From Octopus bimaculoides (taxonomy: Eukaryota): a stretch of DNA of 63,230 bases. Within the stretch, counting starts at the first letter, position 1, and each line of letters starts with the position of its first letter. The notes under the pieces are model-generated. The model was given only the letters and a program-made list of their open reading frames with translations, was not told the DNA's origin and searched no databases. The stretch is from NCBI RefSeq assembly GCF_001194135.2, contig NC_069000.1, positions 14,011,070 through 14,074,299 of the forward strand, given 5' to 3'. Position numbers and translations under genes: made by a program. Of this stretch, positions 1 through 13,246 are shown piece after piece.

Positions 1-166
1 CTTTTTACTCTTCTCTACTGTTTTTTGTTCTGTGTGTATCAAAAATATTGCTATCAATTTAGAGTAATAATTTGTAGTTTTGGAATCAGTAGTTCTTTGG
101 CTGCTATTTCTGAATTCTCAGTATGTTGGAGAAGCAGGTTACTGTCAATCCCTATATATTTATGAT

Positions 167-197
<31 letters not shown>

Positions 198-1871
198 TAC
201 TTCCTCATTTTAATATTTGGTGGCCAAGGTCAGGATAGTGAGCTGGCAGAATTGTTAGCATACCAGGCAAAATGCTTTGTGGCATTTGATCTGTCTTTTT
301 ATTCTGAGTTCAAGTTCCACTAAGGTCAAATTTACCTTTGATCCTTTCAGGGTCAAAATAAATACCAGTTAAACACTGGGGGCAATATAATTGAATTAAG
401 CTCACAACTCCTGAACTTGCTGCCTTTTATCAACCCCCAGGGCAACCAAGTCATTGAGAGTCAATTTGGTAAGTGGAAAATGAAAGAAGCTTGTCACTTA
501 TATATATATATATATGTATGTATGTATATATATGACTATGTTTGCTCCTTACCAGTACTCAACAACTAGTGTTGGTTTGCTTACATCCCTGTAACTTAGC
601 AGATCAACAAAAAAAGGCCAATGGGTTTAAAATAAATACTGAGGTTGATTTGGTAGACTAAATCCTTCAAGGTGACACCCCAGCATGGCCACAGTCTAAT
701 GACTGAAACGGGTATAAGATTAAAAGAATAAAGGAGCATGAAAATCAGTTTATGAGAAAATCATTTTATAATAGTCATTTACTCTTCATGGCTATCATTA
801 CAACAATATTGCCCCTGTTTCCCTGAGCAAAGTAATGCACTAGGGCTTCTGGTGAGGACACGTGACTTTGTGGATAGGGTATTTGGTTCACAATCATAAG
901 GTTGTGAGTTTGATTCTGTAGCATGTTGTGTTCTTGAGCAAAACACTTTATTTCATGTCGCTCCAGTCTACTCAGTGCTATATCTACATACCAGCTTGCT
1001 TCGCTTCACTTCACTTCACTTTTATTTTGTATGTAACAATGTCTGATTATATAACTGCATGTTATATATAAACAAAAAATGCACTTCTTTGGTTTGGTTT
1101 GCATCAAAAAGGTGACAGTAATGTGAAGGAGATGAGCTCAATTTTCACTAAACCTAAACTTAGATAGGATAATGTATTTTACAATGATATTGCATTCAAT
1201 AATGAATATTAACAGTATTCAAAATGCATCAAAGTGAGTGTGTGTGTGTGTGTGTGTGTACAATCGTCACTAAAGTGACTAAGGGTGCAAGTCAGCACCA
1301 GCACTGCTAGAAATAAGAGTCAAAACAACTCTTAACCACAGGATTAAATTAAACTTGCTCTGTCAGTTTATAGAAAATACCATAGGAATCAGTGGCTGAT
1401 TTGGTAAAATGGCAAAATGAAAATTATATATTATTAAAGTGGCTAGTCACAGTTAAAAAATCAAAAAGCACAAATACAATCGTCAATGAGAATATCAGAT
1501 CACCGAGGATTTTGGATTGTATTAGAATATTAATTCCGATTCTTTAATCCAAGAAATTTGGATTAAATTTGGATTAAATTTTAAACATACACACACACAC
1601 ACACACACACACAGAGAAAATCTGCCTTTTATAGATAAGATACCATAAGAATCAGTGGCTGATTTGGTAAAATAGCAAAGTGAAAATTATATATTATTAA
1701 GGTGGCTAGTCACAGTTAAAAAATCAAAAAGCACAAGTACAATTGTCATTGTAAGCCTAGTACTTATTGTATCAGGTTCATTTGCTGAACCGCTAAGTTA
1801 TGGGGACATAAACACACCAGCATCGGTTGTCAAGTGATAGCAGGAGGACAAACACAGACACATAAATATAT

Positions 1872-1917
<46 letters not shown>

Positions 1918-2204
1918 GACGGGCTTCATTCAGTTTCCATTTCCCAAATTCGCTCACAAGGCTTTGGTTGGCCCAAGGCTATTGTAGAAGACACTTGCCC
2001 TCAGTGAGACTGAACCCAGAACCATGTGCCAGCTCACCACCTAAGTATATGTGTATATATATATATATTAATGTTTGTTTTTACATTCAGTTATAATAAA
2101 AACGATTGTACATAAATCTGATGGATTATTCTATACTTTTGTAGAGAACAAATTTATTGTTCTTAACAAGAATATCATTGACAGAGACTTTGAAGTTTTG
2201 GCCA

Positions 2205-3427
2205 GGTAAGCCATCATCGGACAGTGGTACATTTTACGTTAATTTTGGCTCTATATAATCTCTCATACGATAAAATCTTCATTGGGTGAGTGGGTCTGAG
2301 TGGAGTGGTAAATAGGTTGTAGATCAGGTTGTGATGGAGGGGTATTTTGGAGAAATATTGATTAAATTTGGGGTTATGTTATTACTTAGAATTTATTTAT
2401 GCATGTAGAGTTTTGTAAATATGTGTGTTTATTTAGGCGTGTCCCTTTCAAGTCATCAGATTGTTTTTAGTAGTGCACAAAAAAAAGGATGTAGGTAGGT
2501 ATAGGGTATGCTAGTAGTTTTAGTTATTTTAGGTTTTATTGGATTTAATCCTATGTTTTAACAATGTAAAGTCAAAGATTCAAAGTTTCATTCTGTATTT
2601 AAATTTAGTAATTGGGTATCATTTTCCTAATGGAAAATTTTAGATAGATATATGATATGCTAGTAATCCTAGTTATTTTCTAGTTTATTGGATTTAATTA
2701 TTTTTTTGCTTTGACAATGTAAATGTCAAAGGGTCAAAGTTTAGTACAGTATTTAAAAACTTAGTAATTGGGTGTGTAAAAATTTTTGTAATGGAAATTT
2801 TTAAGGATTCACAAATTACGGTAAATAGGTAGGTATGTTTTAGCAGGTCAGTTGTTTATTTGTTGTTGCTATTTAAGGTATTTTCAGTTTGTATTTGGAA
2901 GGTGGGATAGGTCAAGGTGTTGTTTATAGAGAAATTTGTTCACAAGAGGATGTGGGTTGATGTAAAGGTCGTTGGTCTGTATGTTTCTTTCTAGGGATTC
3001 ATTCTTCTATAAGCAATTTGATTAAGATGTAAAAGTCTTAACTATTGTGTTTTATTGAAGCAGAGTTTGTGAGGCTGTGTGTTGATAAATATTTCTTTAA
3101 TTTTGTTTCAGACATGGGTATTTTGTAATATATTATTTTAGGCTTAGAGATACATGCGAAAGTGGGGGTGTTATAAAAAAAGTACGTATAAACGCATGTA
3201 TAAAAATATATGCTCCTGTTGTATATTTTTACACATGCAGGAATAATAACATAACCCTAAATTTAATCAATAAATATTTATGAAAAAACTTCTCCATCAC
3301 AACCCACCCTACAACCTAATTACCACTCCACTCAAACACACATACCCAATGAAGATTTTAAATAGCCAGAGACTGTATAAAGCCAAGATTAACTTCAATG
3401 CATCATACACTGATGATGGTTTACCTT
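2205..3427 (-). mobile_element. Degenerate Penelope-like retroelement remnant with about 180-bp inverted terminal repeats
   Basis: 2205-2385 is an imperfect reverse complement of 3243-3427. Minus-strand 2938-2994 reads PRKKHTDQRPLHQPTSSCE, resembling the PLE RT C-terminal RKPT.TDQYLH..S.H motif. Hammerhead-like cores lie at both ends. Confidence 0.65.
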
Positions 3428-4409
3428 GGTATTTAGTCTGTCTTTATGTTCTGAGATCAAATTCCGCCGAGGTCGACTTTGCCTTTCATCCTTTCGGGGT
3501 TGATAAATTAAGTACCAGTTCAATACTGGAGTCGATCTAATCAACTGGCTCCTTCCCCCAAAATTTCGGGCCTTGTGCCTAGAGTGAAAAAGAATATGCT
3601 TCTTTACCAATCATTATTGTAATAATAGCATTATTGTAATAATAGCATTATTGTAATCATAGCATTATTGTAATCATTATTGTAATAATAGCATGAGAAA
3701 GCAAAATGCTTTCAATTCTGTCAATACAAGCAGCCCTCAAAAAAACTTTTTGTGATTAAAGTGGCCCGCAATGTAATTCAAGTAGGCCAGGCCTGGTCTC
3801 ATTGATTATATTGATCCCACTACTGAAGTGGTATTTATTTTATCAAACCGAAAAAGATGAAAGGCAAAGTCAACCTTAGCAGAATTTCGACTCAGTGCGT
3901 AAAGCCTGAAAAATTTCTGCTAAATACTTTTGTCCAGCACAGTAATGACTCTGCCAGCTCACCACCTTCATCATCGTCGTTTAACGTCCGCTTTCCATGC
4001 TAGCATGGGTTGGACGATTTGACTGAGGACTGGTGAAACCAGATGGCTACAGCAGGCTCCAATCTGATTTGGCAGAGTTTCTACAGCTGGATGCCCTTCC
4101 TAAAGCCAACCACTCCGAGAGTGTAGTGGGTGCTTTTACGTGCCACCGGCACGAAGGCCAGTCGGGCGGTACTGGCAACGGCCACGCTCAAAATGGTGTA
4201 TTTTACGTGCCACCTGCTCAGGAGCCAGTTCGGCGGCACTGGCAACGATCTCGCTCGAATGTCTTTACACATGCTTTCTTAGTAGGATTAAATAATGAAG
4301 TTGATATAAGTAACTATTGCCTACATAAACCAGTTTTCACCAGATATGCACATACAATTACTCATCTACACCAATAAGTACAGTTGATAAAATTATTTGA
4401 TATACAAAC

Positions 4410-4573
4410 CCAGTCAATGATTTTTGACATAATTCGAGTTGTTCCAACAAATGTGGCAGTAACTGAATTAGAGTGTCATCACCAACACAACAACGAACAA
4501 CATTGGGAATTTCATGGGCTCGGCTCATTATCTTCACCCAAGACTTGTCAATGTTCGAAAACCGCTTTGCTTC
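4410..4573 (-). CDS. DNAH5: Dynein HC exon, 164 nt: [54 protein letters not shown]
   Basis: Acceptor cttgtag, donor GTTTGT, phase 0-2; the next expected exon (YLEKKR...FPRFFF) was not found in 1-4409. Confidence 0.97.
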
Positions 4574-5400
4574 CTACAAGTAATGAATTTAATAATGGTA
4601 AAGCAGGAATTAAAATGGAGGGAGAGGTAGGTAGGATGAAACAGTTTGAAGGGGAAACAGCAATAGAAGAAGAAGAAGTATAAATGAGATATAACAAAAA
4701 CAAGAGGTAGGGTATAGAGAGAGAGTGCACACGAGAGAGAGAGAGGGGGAGGGAGAGAGAAAGAGAGAAAGGAAGAGGGAGAGAAACAAGAAGGAAGAGA
4801 ACTGGAACAAAAAAAAAATCAGTTCAAAATAAATGTGGAGGAAGAATAAGAGCAGGAAGGCAAGAAGGCAGAAAGAAAGAAAGGAAGGAAGGAAGGAAGG
4901 AAGAAAGAAAGAAAAGATAGCCAAAGCAGTAGTGCAGTGGTGGTGGTGGCAGCGGTGGTGATGATGGTGATGACATTAGGACAGCAGAAGCATAATGGGG
5001 GTTGCAACACAAGAGCTGATGAAATATTATAAAATAATCACTGTTCCAGAATGTTAAGTATCCAAGTAATTATTGCAGTGCATTAATTACTATACAATGC
5101 GTAATTACAAATGACAGAAATATATTTAGTAGAAAACATTAATGAAAGTAAAACATTGATGAAAGAAAAACCCTTGATAACAAGATAGTATTATGACACT
5201 GTAAAATTAGTCACGTCCCACAGAGGACAATAATGCCTCTGTGTGTCACAGCTTTCCAACTTCCCTGCATCCATGAAACCCACTCACAAGACTTTGGTTA
5301 GGGATGCAAACACACCGACACTGGTCGTCAAGCAGTGGTGGGGGACAAACACAGATGCAAACACACATACACACACACACATGTATATCATATGTGTATA

Positions 5401-5438
<38 letters not shown>

Positions 5439-6055
5439 CACAAAGTTTTAAATTTAAATTTAAGAGAGAGATTTGATGCTAATATCCATTATTATAATAG
5501 GAATAAATTACAATAATAATGGATATTAGCATCAAATCTCTCTCTTAAATTTAAATTTAAAACTTTGGATATATAAACAAGGAGAACGATCCCNNNNNNN
5601 NNNNNNNNNNNNNNNNNNNNNNNNNNNNNNNNNNNNNNNNNNNNNNNNNNNNNNNNNNNNNNNNNNNNNNNNNNNNNNNNNNNNNNNNNNNNNNNNNNNN
5701 NNNNNNNNNNNNNNNNNNNNNNNNNNNNNNNNNNNNNNNNNNNNNNNNNNNNNNNNNNNNNNNNNNNNNNNNNNNNNNNNNNNNNNNNNNNNNNNNNNNN
5801 NNNNNNNNNNNNNNNNNNNNNNNNNNNNNNNNNNNNNNNNNNNNNNNNNNNNNNNNNNNNNNNNNNNNNNNNNNNNNNNNNNNNNNNNNNNNNNNNNNNN
5901 NNNNNNNNNNNNNNNNNNNNNNNNNNNNNNNNNNNNNNNNNNNNNNNNNNNNNNNNNNNNNNNNNNNNNNNNNNNNNNNNNNNNNNNNNNNNNNNNNNNN
6001 NNNNNNNNNNNNNNNNNNNNNNNNNNNNNNNNNNNNNNNNNNNNNNNNNNNNNNN

Positions 6056-6350
6056 CTAATGGAATTAAAAATTATTTTTATGCATTTGTGTAAATTTAAA
6101 CTAATTAAATATTATTTTACAGAATAATAGAATTAAAATTTCTTTGATTAAAACCCTTTCTAACATGGAAGTATCCAAAGAGCATTTGAGGTACATAATG
6201 CTTTATGAGTACAAAAAAGGAAACTCTACAGCTGAAGCGACTCGAAACATACACTCAGTTTATGGGAAAGAATGCTTGAATGAAAGAACTTGCAGAAGAT
6301 GGTTTGCAAAATTCAGAAGTGGAAATTTAAGCCTTGAAGATGAAAATAGG
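6056..6350 (+). mobile_element. Mariner transposase N-terminal HTH fragment (truncated)
   Basis: 6165 onward reads MEVSKEHLRYIMLYEYKKGNSTAEATRNIHSVYGKECLNERTCRRWFAKFRSGNLSLEDENR, a Mos1-type HTH (WF..F..G..LED); it breaks off before the catalytic domain. Confidence 0.9.
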
Positions 6351-6727
6351 TGAATTGTGATATGGCGAGGAACTTATGTATGTATGTATGTATGTATATG
6401 TTTGTTTGCTTGTTTGCATGTGTATGTGTGTCTTTGAGTCTGTGTTTGTCCTTCACCAGCATTTGACAACTGGTGCTGGTGTATTTACATCCTTATAACT
6501 TAATGGTTCAACAAAAGAGCCTGGCAGACTAAGTATCTGACTTTAAAAGTAAGAAAAGTAATGATGTACAGGGAGTTGACTCATTCAACTAAAATTCTTC
6601 AAGGCAGGGCCCTGACATGATCGTGACTTCACCACAGTTGAATGAGTGAAACACATAAAAGATAAAAAAAACAAACAAAGGATAACAATATGATAAAAAT
6701 AAAATATATTAAAAAACAAAGGTTTAC

Positions 6728-6881
6728 CTTTGGAAGTTGTTTCGCAATATCTCCCCCAACAAAGACAGCTTCAAGGTAGACCCAAAGATTTTGTACAGTC
6801 AACCAGTTATCTATGATTTCAGACGAGTTTGACAGATTTTGAACCCATTGTTGTATCTCTCTTTTGAAGGGTGCATTGAAC
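6728..6881 (-). CDS. DNAH5: Dynein HC exon, 154 nt: [13 protein letters not shown]...[23 protein letters not shown]
   Basis: Acceptor tctttag, donor GTAAAC, phase 2-0; not in the ORF track and read directly from sequence. Confidence 0.97.
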
Positions 6882-7055
6882 CTAAAGAATACAGTTTCCC
6901 AATGAGAATGGTTACATGAGAAATTTTACAGATTCGGTAGAACCAATTCAACAGAGAAACATTATAAAGAATCATGTCTTGGAATGGGTAATTCTGAAGG
7001 TGGATGAGCTTTATTCTGTACTCTTACCACATTTCTAACAGAATATAACATAACA

Positions 7056-7090
<35 letters not shown>

Positions 7091-7956
7091 NNNNNNNNNN
7101 NNNNNNNNNNNNNNNNNNNNNNNNNNNNNNNNNNNNNNNNNNNNNNNNNNNNNNNNNNNNNNNNNNNNNNNNNNNNNNNNNNNNNNNNNNNNNNNNNNNN
7201 NNNNNNNNNNNNNNNNNNNNNNNNNNNNNNNNNNNNNNNNNNNNNNNNNNNNNNNNNNNNNNNNNNNNNNNNNNNNNNNNNNNNNNNNNNNNNNNNNNNN
7301 NNNNNNNNNNNNNNNNNNNNNNNNNNNNNNNNNNNNNNNNNNNNNNNNNNNNNNNNNNNNNNNNNNNNNNNNNNNNNNNNNNNNNNNNNNNNNNNNNNNN
7401 NNNNNNNNNNNNNNNNNNNNNNNNNNNNNNNNNNNNNATATATATATATATATATCATCATCATCATCATCATCATCATCATCGTTTAACGTCCGCTTTC
7501 CATGCTAGCATGGGTTGGACGATTTGACTGAGGACTGGTGAAACCGGATGGCAACACCAGGCTCCAATCTAATTTGGCAGAGTTTCTACAGCTGGATGCC
7601 CTTCCTAACGCCAACCACTCAGATATATATATATATGGGTTCAGTCCTACTGTAGCTTTGGGCCGACCAAAGCCTTGTAAGTGCATTTGGTAGATAAAAA
7701 CTGAAAGAAAACCATCATATGCATGTGTGTGTGTGTGAGACCACTACCACTTGACAGCTCATGTTGTGGGGACATTATCTTGAAGCTTCAAGATTTTAGT
7801 GATGTGATTGTTTATTTTTAGAATGACATTGTAGAATATGTGGGAAAGACTAGATCTGGCCAGTTTGACGATAAAACATGTAGAATATTTAGGCCAGATG
7901 TGGTCAGTTTAAATACAGAAGGGTTTAAGAATATACCAAAAACAATGTCATGATAC

Positions 7957-8156
7957 CTGTTATTCATAAGAGAGCTAAGAATCATCAAAGAGTCTTCTAT
8001 GAGTCCAACAATTTCGCTAGTTGCATCTCCTCGTAATAGTTGTTCTCCTCTGTTCTTGAAATTACCAAAGGTAAACTCTTTCATATCCCAATCTAGCATC
8101 ACTTGTTTCAGTTTCGCTTCGATATCTTTTTCTTTTTCAGCTGAAATGCAAATATC
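7957..8156 (-). CDS. DNAH5: Dynein HC exon, 200 nt: [16 protein letters not shown]...RGEQLLRGD...[13 protein letters not shown]
   Basis: Acceptor atttcag, donor GTATCA, phase 0-2. Confidence 0.97.
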
Positions 8157-9757
8157 CTGAAATATAAACATAAATCGTTTTTCTGTTGTATTCTCATTGA
8201 TTTTCGATTGATCCAAATGATTTGAGTTAATGAAATTGTTAATACAGAATTTTTTAAAAATATACTATGTTAGTGTGCCATTATCATTTCCATGATATTT
8301 ACCATCATCATCATCGTTTAACGTCCGCTTTCCATGCTAGCATGGGTTGGACGATTTGACTGAGGACTGGTGAAATCAGATGGCTACACCAGGCTCCAAT
8401 CTGATTTGGCAGAGTTTCTACAGCTGGATGCCCTTCCTAACGCCAACCACTCCGAGAGTGTAGTGGGTGCTTTTACGTGTCACCCGCACGAAGGCCAGTC
8501 AGGCGGTACTGGCAATGGCCACACTCAAAATGGTGTATTTTATGTGCCACCCGCACAAGAGCCAGTCCAGGGGCACTGGCAACGATCTCGCTCAAAAATC
8601 CTTACACATGTCACAGGCACAAATGCCAGAAAGGCGACGCTAGGCACAGGTGCCATCCCGATTTCGCTTTCGCTTGCCCCAATAAGTCTTCGCAAGCTGA
8701 GTTTTGTGTCCAATGAAGGAGACGACGTCCTTCATCAATATACACAAAATACGCTTTTAAGACTTAATCCTTCACTGGGGCTAACACAACTATTATAAAC
8801 AAGGTGAGGAAGTAATCAGTGAAGGAGCTTGTAAGTGATTGCTCATATTGCTAGAAATAGCAGTCAGAGCTTCTTCAGATCAGATCCTGCCATCATTTGA
8901 AAACAAAAGAAAGAATACATTGGATGACGTAGTCTTAAAAGGATGGTCATGACTGGAATGCATTTGATCATCGATTTTCTTAACACGGATTGACTTGCAT
9001 TAAACAGCAACAAAGCAACAAAAATAACAAGGTCAAGTAAAACTTAAAAGCTATTTTTGTATTTCTAGCTGATGTAATAACAAAAGGACAATGATTCATT
9101 CAAATATTCTTATGAATGGTTTTTCGAGTTTTTTTTATAAGCTTTTGTCATAAACCTTGCAAATTACTCACAAGTGAAAAAAAATTTGCTACCAGCAATA
9201 GTAATTAGTAAAAGAAACTTTGGTTCCTGACAATCCTAACTTTCAGTTTGCAAAGAATTTTTTGCTTAATTCCAAGAAAACAAATCACTTAAATCTTAAA
9301 ATACAAATTCAATATATATTGAAACTATGTGGCAAGAAGCTTGCTTCCCAACCACATGATTCTGGGATCAGTCCTACTGTGTGGCTCCTTGGGCAAGTGT
9401 CTTCGACTATAGCCTTGTGAGTGGATTTGGTGGATAGAAACTGAAAGAAGCCTGTTGTATATGTGTGTGTGTGTGTTTGTACCCCCACCATCACTTGACA
9501 ACTGATGCTGGTATGTTTATGTTCCCATAAATTAGTGGTTCAGCAAAATAGACCAATAGAATAAGTACTAGGCTTACAAAGAATAAGTCCTGGGATCCAT
9601 TTTATCAACTAATATGACATATTTCAACTGCGAAAAGGCAAATTCACTGCAGTTACTAGAGAGAAAATTTTAAGCTGTAAAAACACCATATCTGTTCCAT
9701 ATTGTCTTGTGAGTGGATTTGGTAGACAGAAACTGAAAGAAGCCCGTCGTATATATG

Positions 9758-9798
<41 letters not shown>

Positions 9799-9880
9799 NN
9801 NNNNNNNNNNNNNNNNNNNNNNNNNNNNNNNNNNNNNNNNNNNNNNNNNNNNNNNNNNNNNNNNNNNNNNNNNNNNNNNN

Positions 9881-9922
<42 letters not shown>

Positions 9923-10814
9923 GTATATGTGTGTGCATCCGCGTTTGTCCCCCTAACATTGCATGGCAACTGATGCTGGTGTGTTTACGTTCCCGTAACT
10001 TAGCAGTTCGGCAAAAGAGACCGATAGAATAAGTACTAGGCTCACAAAGAATAAGTCCTGGAGTCGATTTGCTCGACTAAAGGTGGTGCTCCAGCATGGC
10101 CGCAGTCAAAATGACTAAAGAGGTAACAACAAGAATTTTTTTTAAACCTGATTTTAGACTCAGAATATAAAACAAACATAAGAAACCCTTTTGATAATAT
10201 CAAACCTGAGACTGCCCCAGGTTTTATGACATAAACTTACTGTTTTTAAGTGGCCTAAATCATAATTTTCCTTCAAAATTTTATGTTAATTTGTTCCATA
10301 CCCCAGCTTAATAATGAGAAATTTATTTTACTAATTCTTTATTATTTTAAAAATTAATTGAAAAAAATGCAGCATACATTGACAGAAACATGGTAACTAA
10401 AGGGTTAAATACCACAAGGTACTTAGTCTTGAATATAGTCTTCCAGTGTTCCACAGCCCCTAAGGGTAAATATTGTGCTAACTTATTTTCAACGCAGTTG
10501 TTGTTGTGATGGTGGTGGTGTAACTTACAAATACAATATGCTTTTCATTTGACTGTGACTCATCACCGTACAGTCTAGTGTGCAGTGACAAGTAATATCA
10601 GATGTTTTTAACCAGTGTTTTTGTAATCCTATAGATTCTTATGGCAACCATTGTAGGCAACATTGCTCAGAGTCTGATAGTTAATATTATTAGTGATTTC
10701 ATTTCAGTACGGTGCTGGAGCCAGGCCCATCCAAGGCTATTAATAGGTCAAGATTACATGTGAAATGTAGGCTTCATTTCAAACTAAATACATATGATAT
10801 ATGCATAGACATAC

Positions 10815-10878
<64 letters not shown>

Positions 10879-10998
10879 CATCATCATCATTTAACGTCCG
10901 CTTTCCATGCTAGCATGGGTTGGACAATTTGACTGGGGACTGGTGAACCAGATAGCTATANNNNNNNNNNTATATATATATATATGCGTGTGTGTATG

Positions 10999-11040
<42 letters not shown>

Positions 11041-11587
11041 AGTGAGATCATCTTGCCATCTTGCATTTAGTTGACCTCTTGGTATACACTATGAATTTAT
11101 TATAATATTATTATAGTATCGTATACACATTGGATAATATCATATTAAATATCAAATGATTTACAGTATATATAAATTAGTAAAACATAAAATATTTATT
11201 TATACATGAAAATAGGGGTGGGGGCACTGAGGGTATTATGTGGCCATGAGGTGGGGCAGTGGCCCAAAAAGTTTGAGAACCTCTGCCCTAAAAGATGGTG
11301 AGAGAGATGCACTAGAACAGCAACTCTGACTCATGGGGCTCATACTTGCAAATAGAATATATTAAACTGCAGTAAACAGGATGGTTATGGGTGGAACACT
11401 GGTTGAACAATAAAACTTTGATATGCAATTCTGGTTATTGATGGTGCCATGCAGTGGGACTGAACCCAACATCAAATGGTTGAGAAGTAAGCTTCTTAAC
11501 CACATAGCCACACTTGCACTTATGTAAATTAAAAGAAAAAAAATCTACATAAAATTTTTGAAAATACAAAATATCAAAAATCCTTAC

Positions 11588-11828
11588 TTCGATTTCTTCC
11601 TTATACTTAAGGAGAGGAGCTTCTAGTACGTTTTTAAGCAATAAATTGTCATCCTTCATTTCAAACTGATAGCCTGTTACTCTCGTTAGTCTCTTCCAGT
11701 GACGGTCTTTCATAGCTTGGTTACTCATTAGTTGGAGTAAAGGAATGATTTCATTAAAATCATCAATTTTTTGCTTTAGGTCTTTAAAAGCTTGCCAATC
11801 CTTCAAAGCACGAGGCAGTTTGCGACAT
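11588..11828 (-). CDS. DNAH5: Dynein HC exon, 241 nt: [24 protein letters not shown]...RHW...[12 protein letters not shown]
   Basis: Acceptor ctcctag, donor GTAAGG, phase 2-0. Confidence 0.97.
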
Positions 11829-12019
11829 CTAGGAGACAGGAAAGGAAGAAAATAAGTTTAATATTGGTTTCAGATTTTGACACTAGGCCAGCAAGTTTAA
11901 GAGAGAGGACTAATCAATTATATCGACCCCATCCCCAGTACTCAGCTGGTACTTATTTTATTGACTCCAGAAAAGGAAGGAAAGCAAAGTTGACCTAGAC
12001 AAAATATGAACACAGAATG

Positions 12020-12260
12020 TTAACCCATATATACTCCTGGTTACGTTTTCATAATGCAATGCCTGCTTTTGCGTGTTTGGACATGAACTCGTTGAGGAGA
12101 ATCTGACTGAGCATACAAAATGTTCAGTATGTAGTTGATACATATAGCTAACAGTTGCATACTGTTCTTCTCTTCCAGATTGTGAAAGCTTACCATAACA
12201 TTTAATCTAAAGACAGTGAAATTTTAAGACTCCATTTTTTCATGGGCATATATGGGTTAA
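12020..12260. mobile_element. piggyBac-type MITE
   Basis: TTAA-CCCATATAT (12020-12032) ... ATATATGGG-TTAA (12248-12260): TTAA target duplication and a CCC-starting TIR. Confidence 0.7.
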
Positions 12261-13246
12261 GATGGGTGACATGCCTCTAAGCATTTTTCCCAGTGTGCAA
12301 ATGATTCTGCCAGCTTATAAAAATAAGTTTAATATTAATCTCTGGTAAGGTGACGAGCTGGCAGAATTGTTACCATGCTGGGCAAAATGCTTAGTAACAT
12401 TTTGTCCATCTTTACATTCTGAGTTCAAATTCCGCCAAGGTTTGACTTTGCCTTTCTTTCATCATTTGAGGGTCAATAAAATAAGTACTAGTTGAGTACC
12501 AGGGTTGATGTAATCAACATGCCTCTTCTACCAAAACTGTTGGCCGTGTGACAAAATTTAAAATCAACATTCATCTCTCGTTATCATTTTAAGTAACAAC
12601 TGTATTTTTCCAAGTATTGAGTGCCACGACAAAAATAATTCAAATTTAACATTTCTTGATTAGAGACAAATTTACTGTACTGAAGAGGAATGGTAAGTAA
12701 CAAAAACAGAGGGATTAGGAAACCAATGCCCGTGGGCAGCAGGGAAACAGCTGAGCAAAGGAAGCTGTGTGGTTAAGAAGCTTGTTTTCCAAACACATGG
12801 TTCTGGGTGTTTTCAATTATAACACTAAGCAGATCAAAGCATTGTGGATGGATATGGTAAACAGAAGCTGGAAGAAGCCCACTGTATATATGTAAAGGCT
12901 GACGACAGGAAGAGCATCTGGCCTATGCAAGCATAGTAAAGTGAATGTTAAAAGAATGAAATAGCACTAAACATGATTACCAGTAACAAGAAAATTATAA
13001 GAATTTCACTGTAGATAAAAAGGAAATTATATATGTGTGAACACTTTGTGTTTCCTTCATATCTTTTGATTTAAATTCATTTTTCTAACCCCACTTCATG
13101 TTGTGAGGAGATAATTATCTGACTTTGTATTAACAGCCATCCAGAGGACGCCACATGTGTATATAATGTAAAACCAGGGAGAACGCAATATAATGACACA
13201 TTAAATGTAAGTATCAAAATTTATCTAAACAAAATATCATAATGAC

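Noticed and set aside
2400-3200. G/T-skewed stretch resembling a mitochondrial insertion
   Set aside because: No mitochondrial gene motif recognised; inverted ends and an RT-like motif fit a Penelope-like remnant better.
4033-4377. Recurring ORF MKPDGYSRLQSDLAEFLQLDALP... (also 8370-8798 and 34734-34961)
   Set aside because: It is a chance reading frame in the family C interspersed repeat; copies differ by frameshifts, so it is not a gene family.
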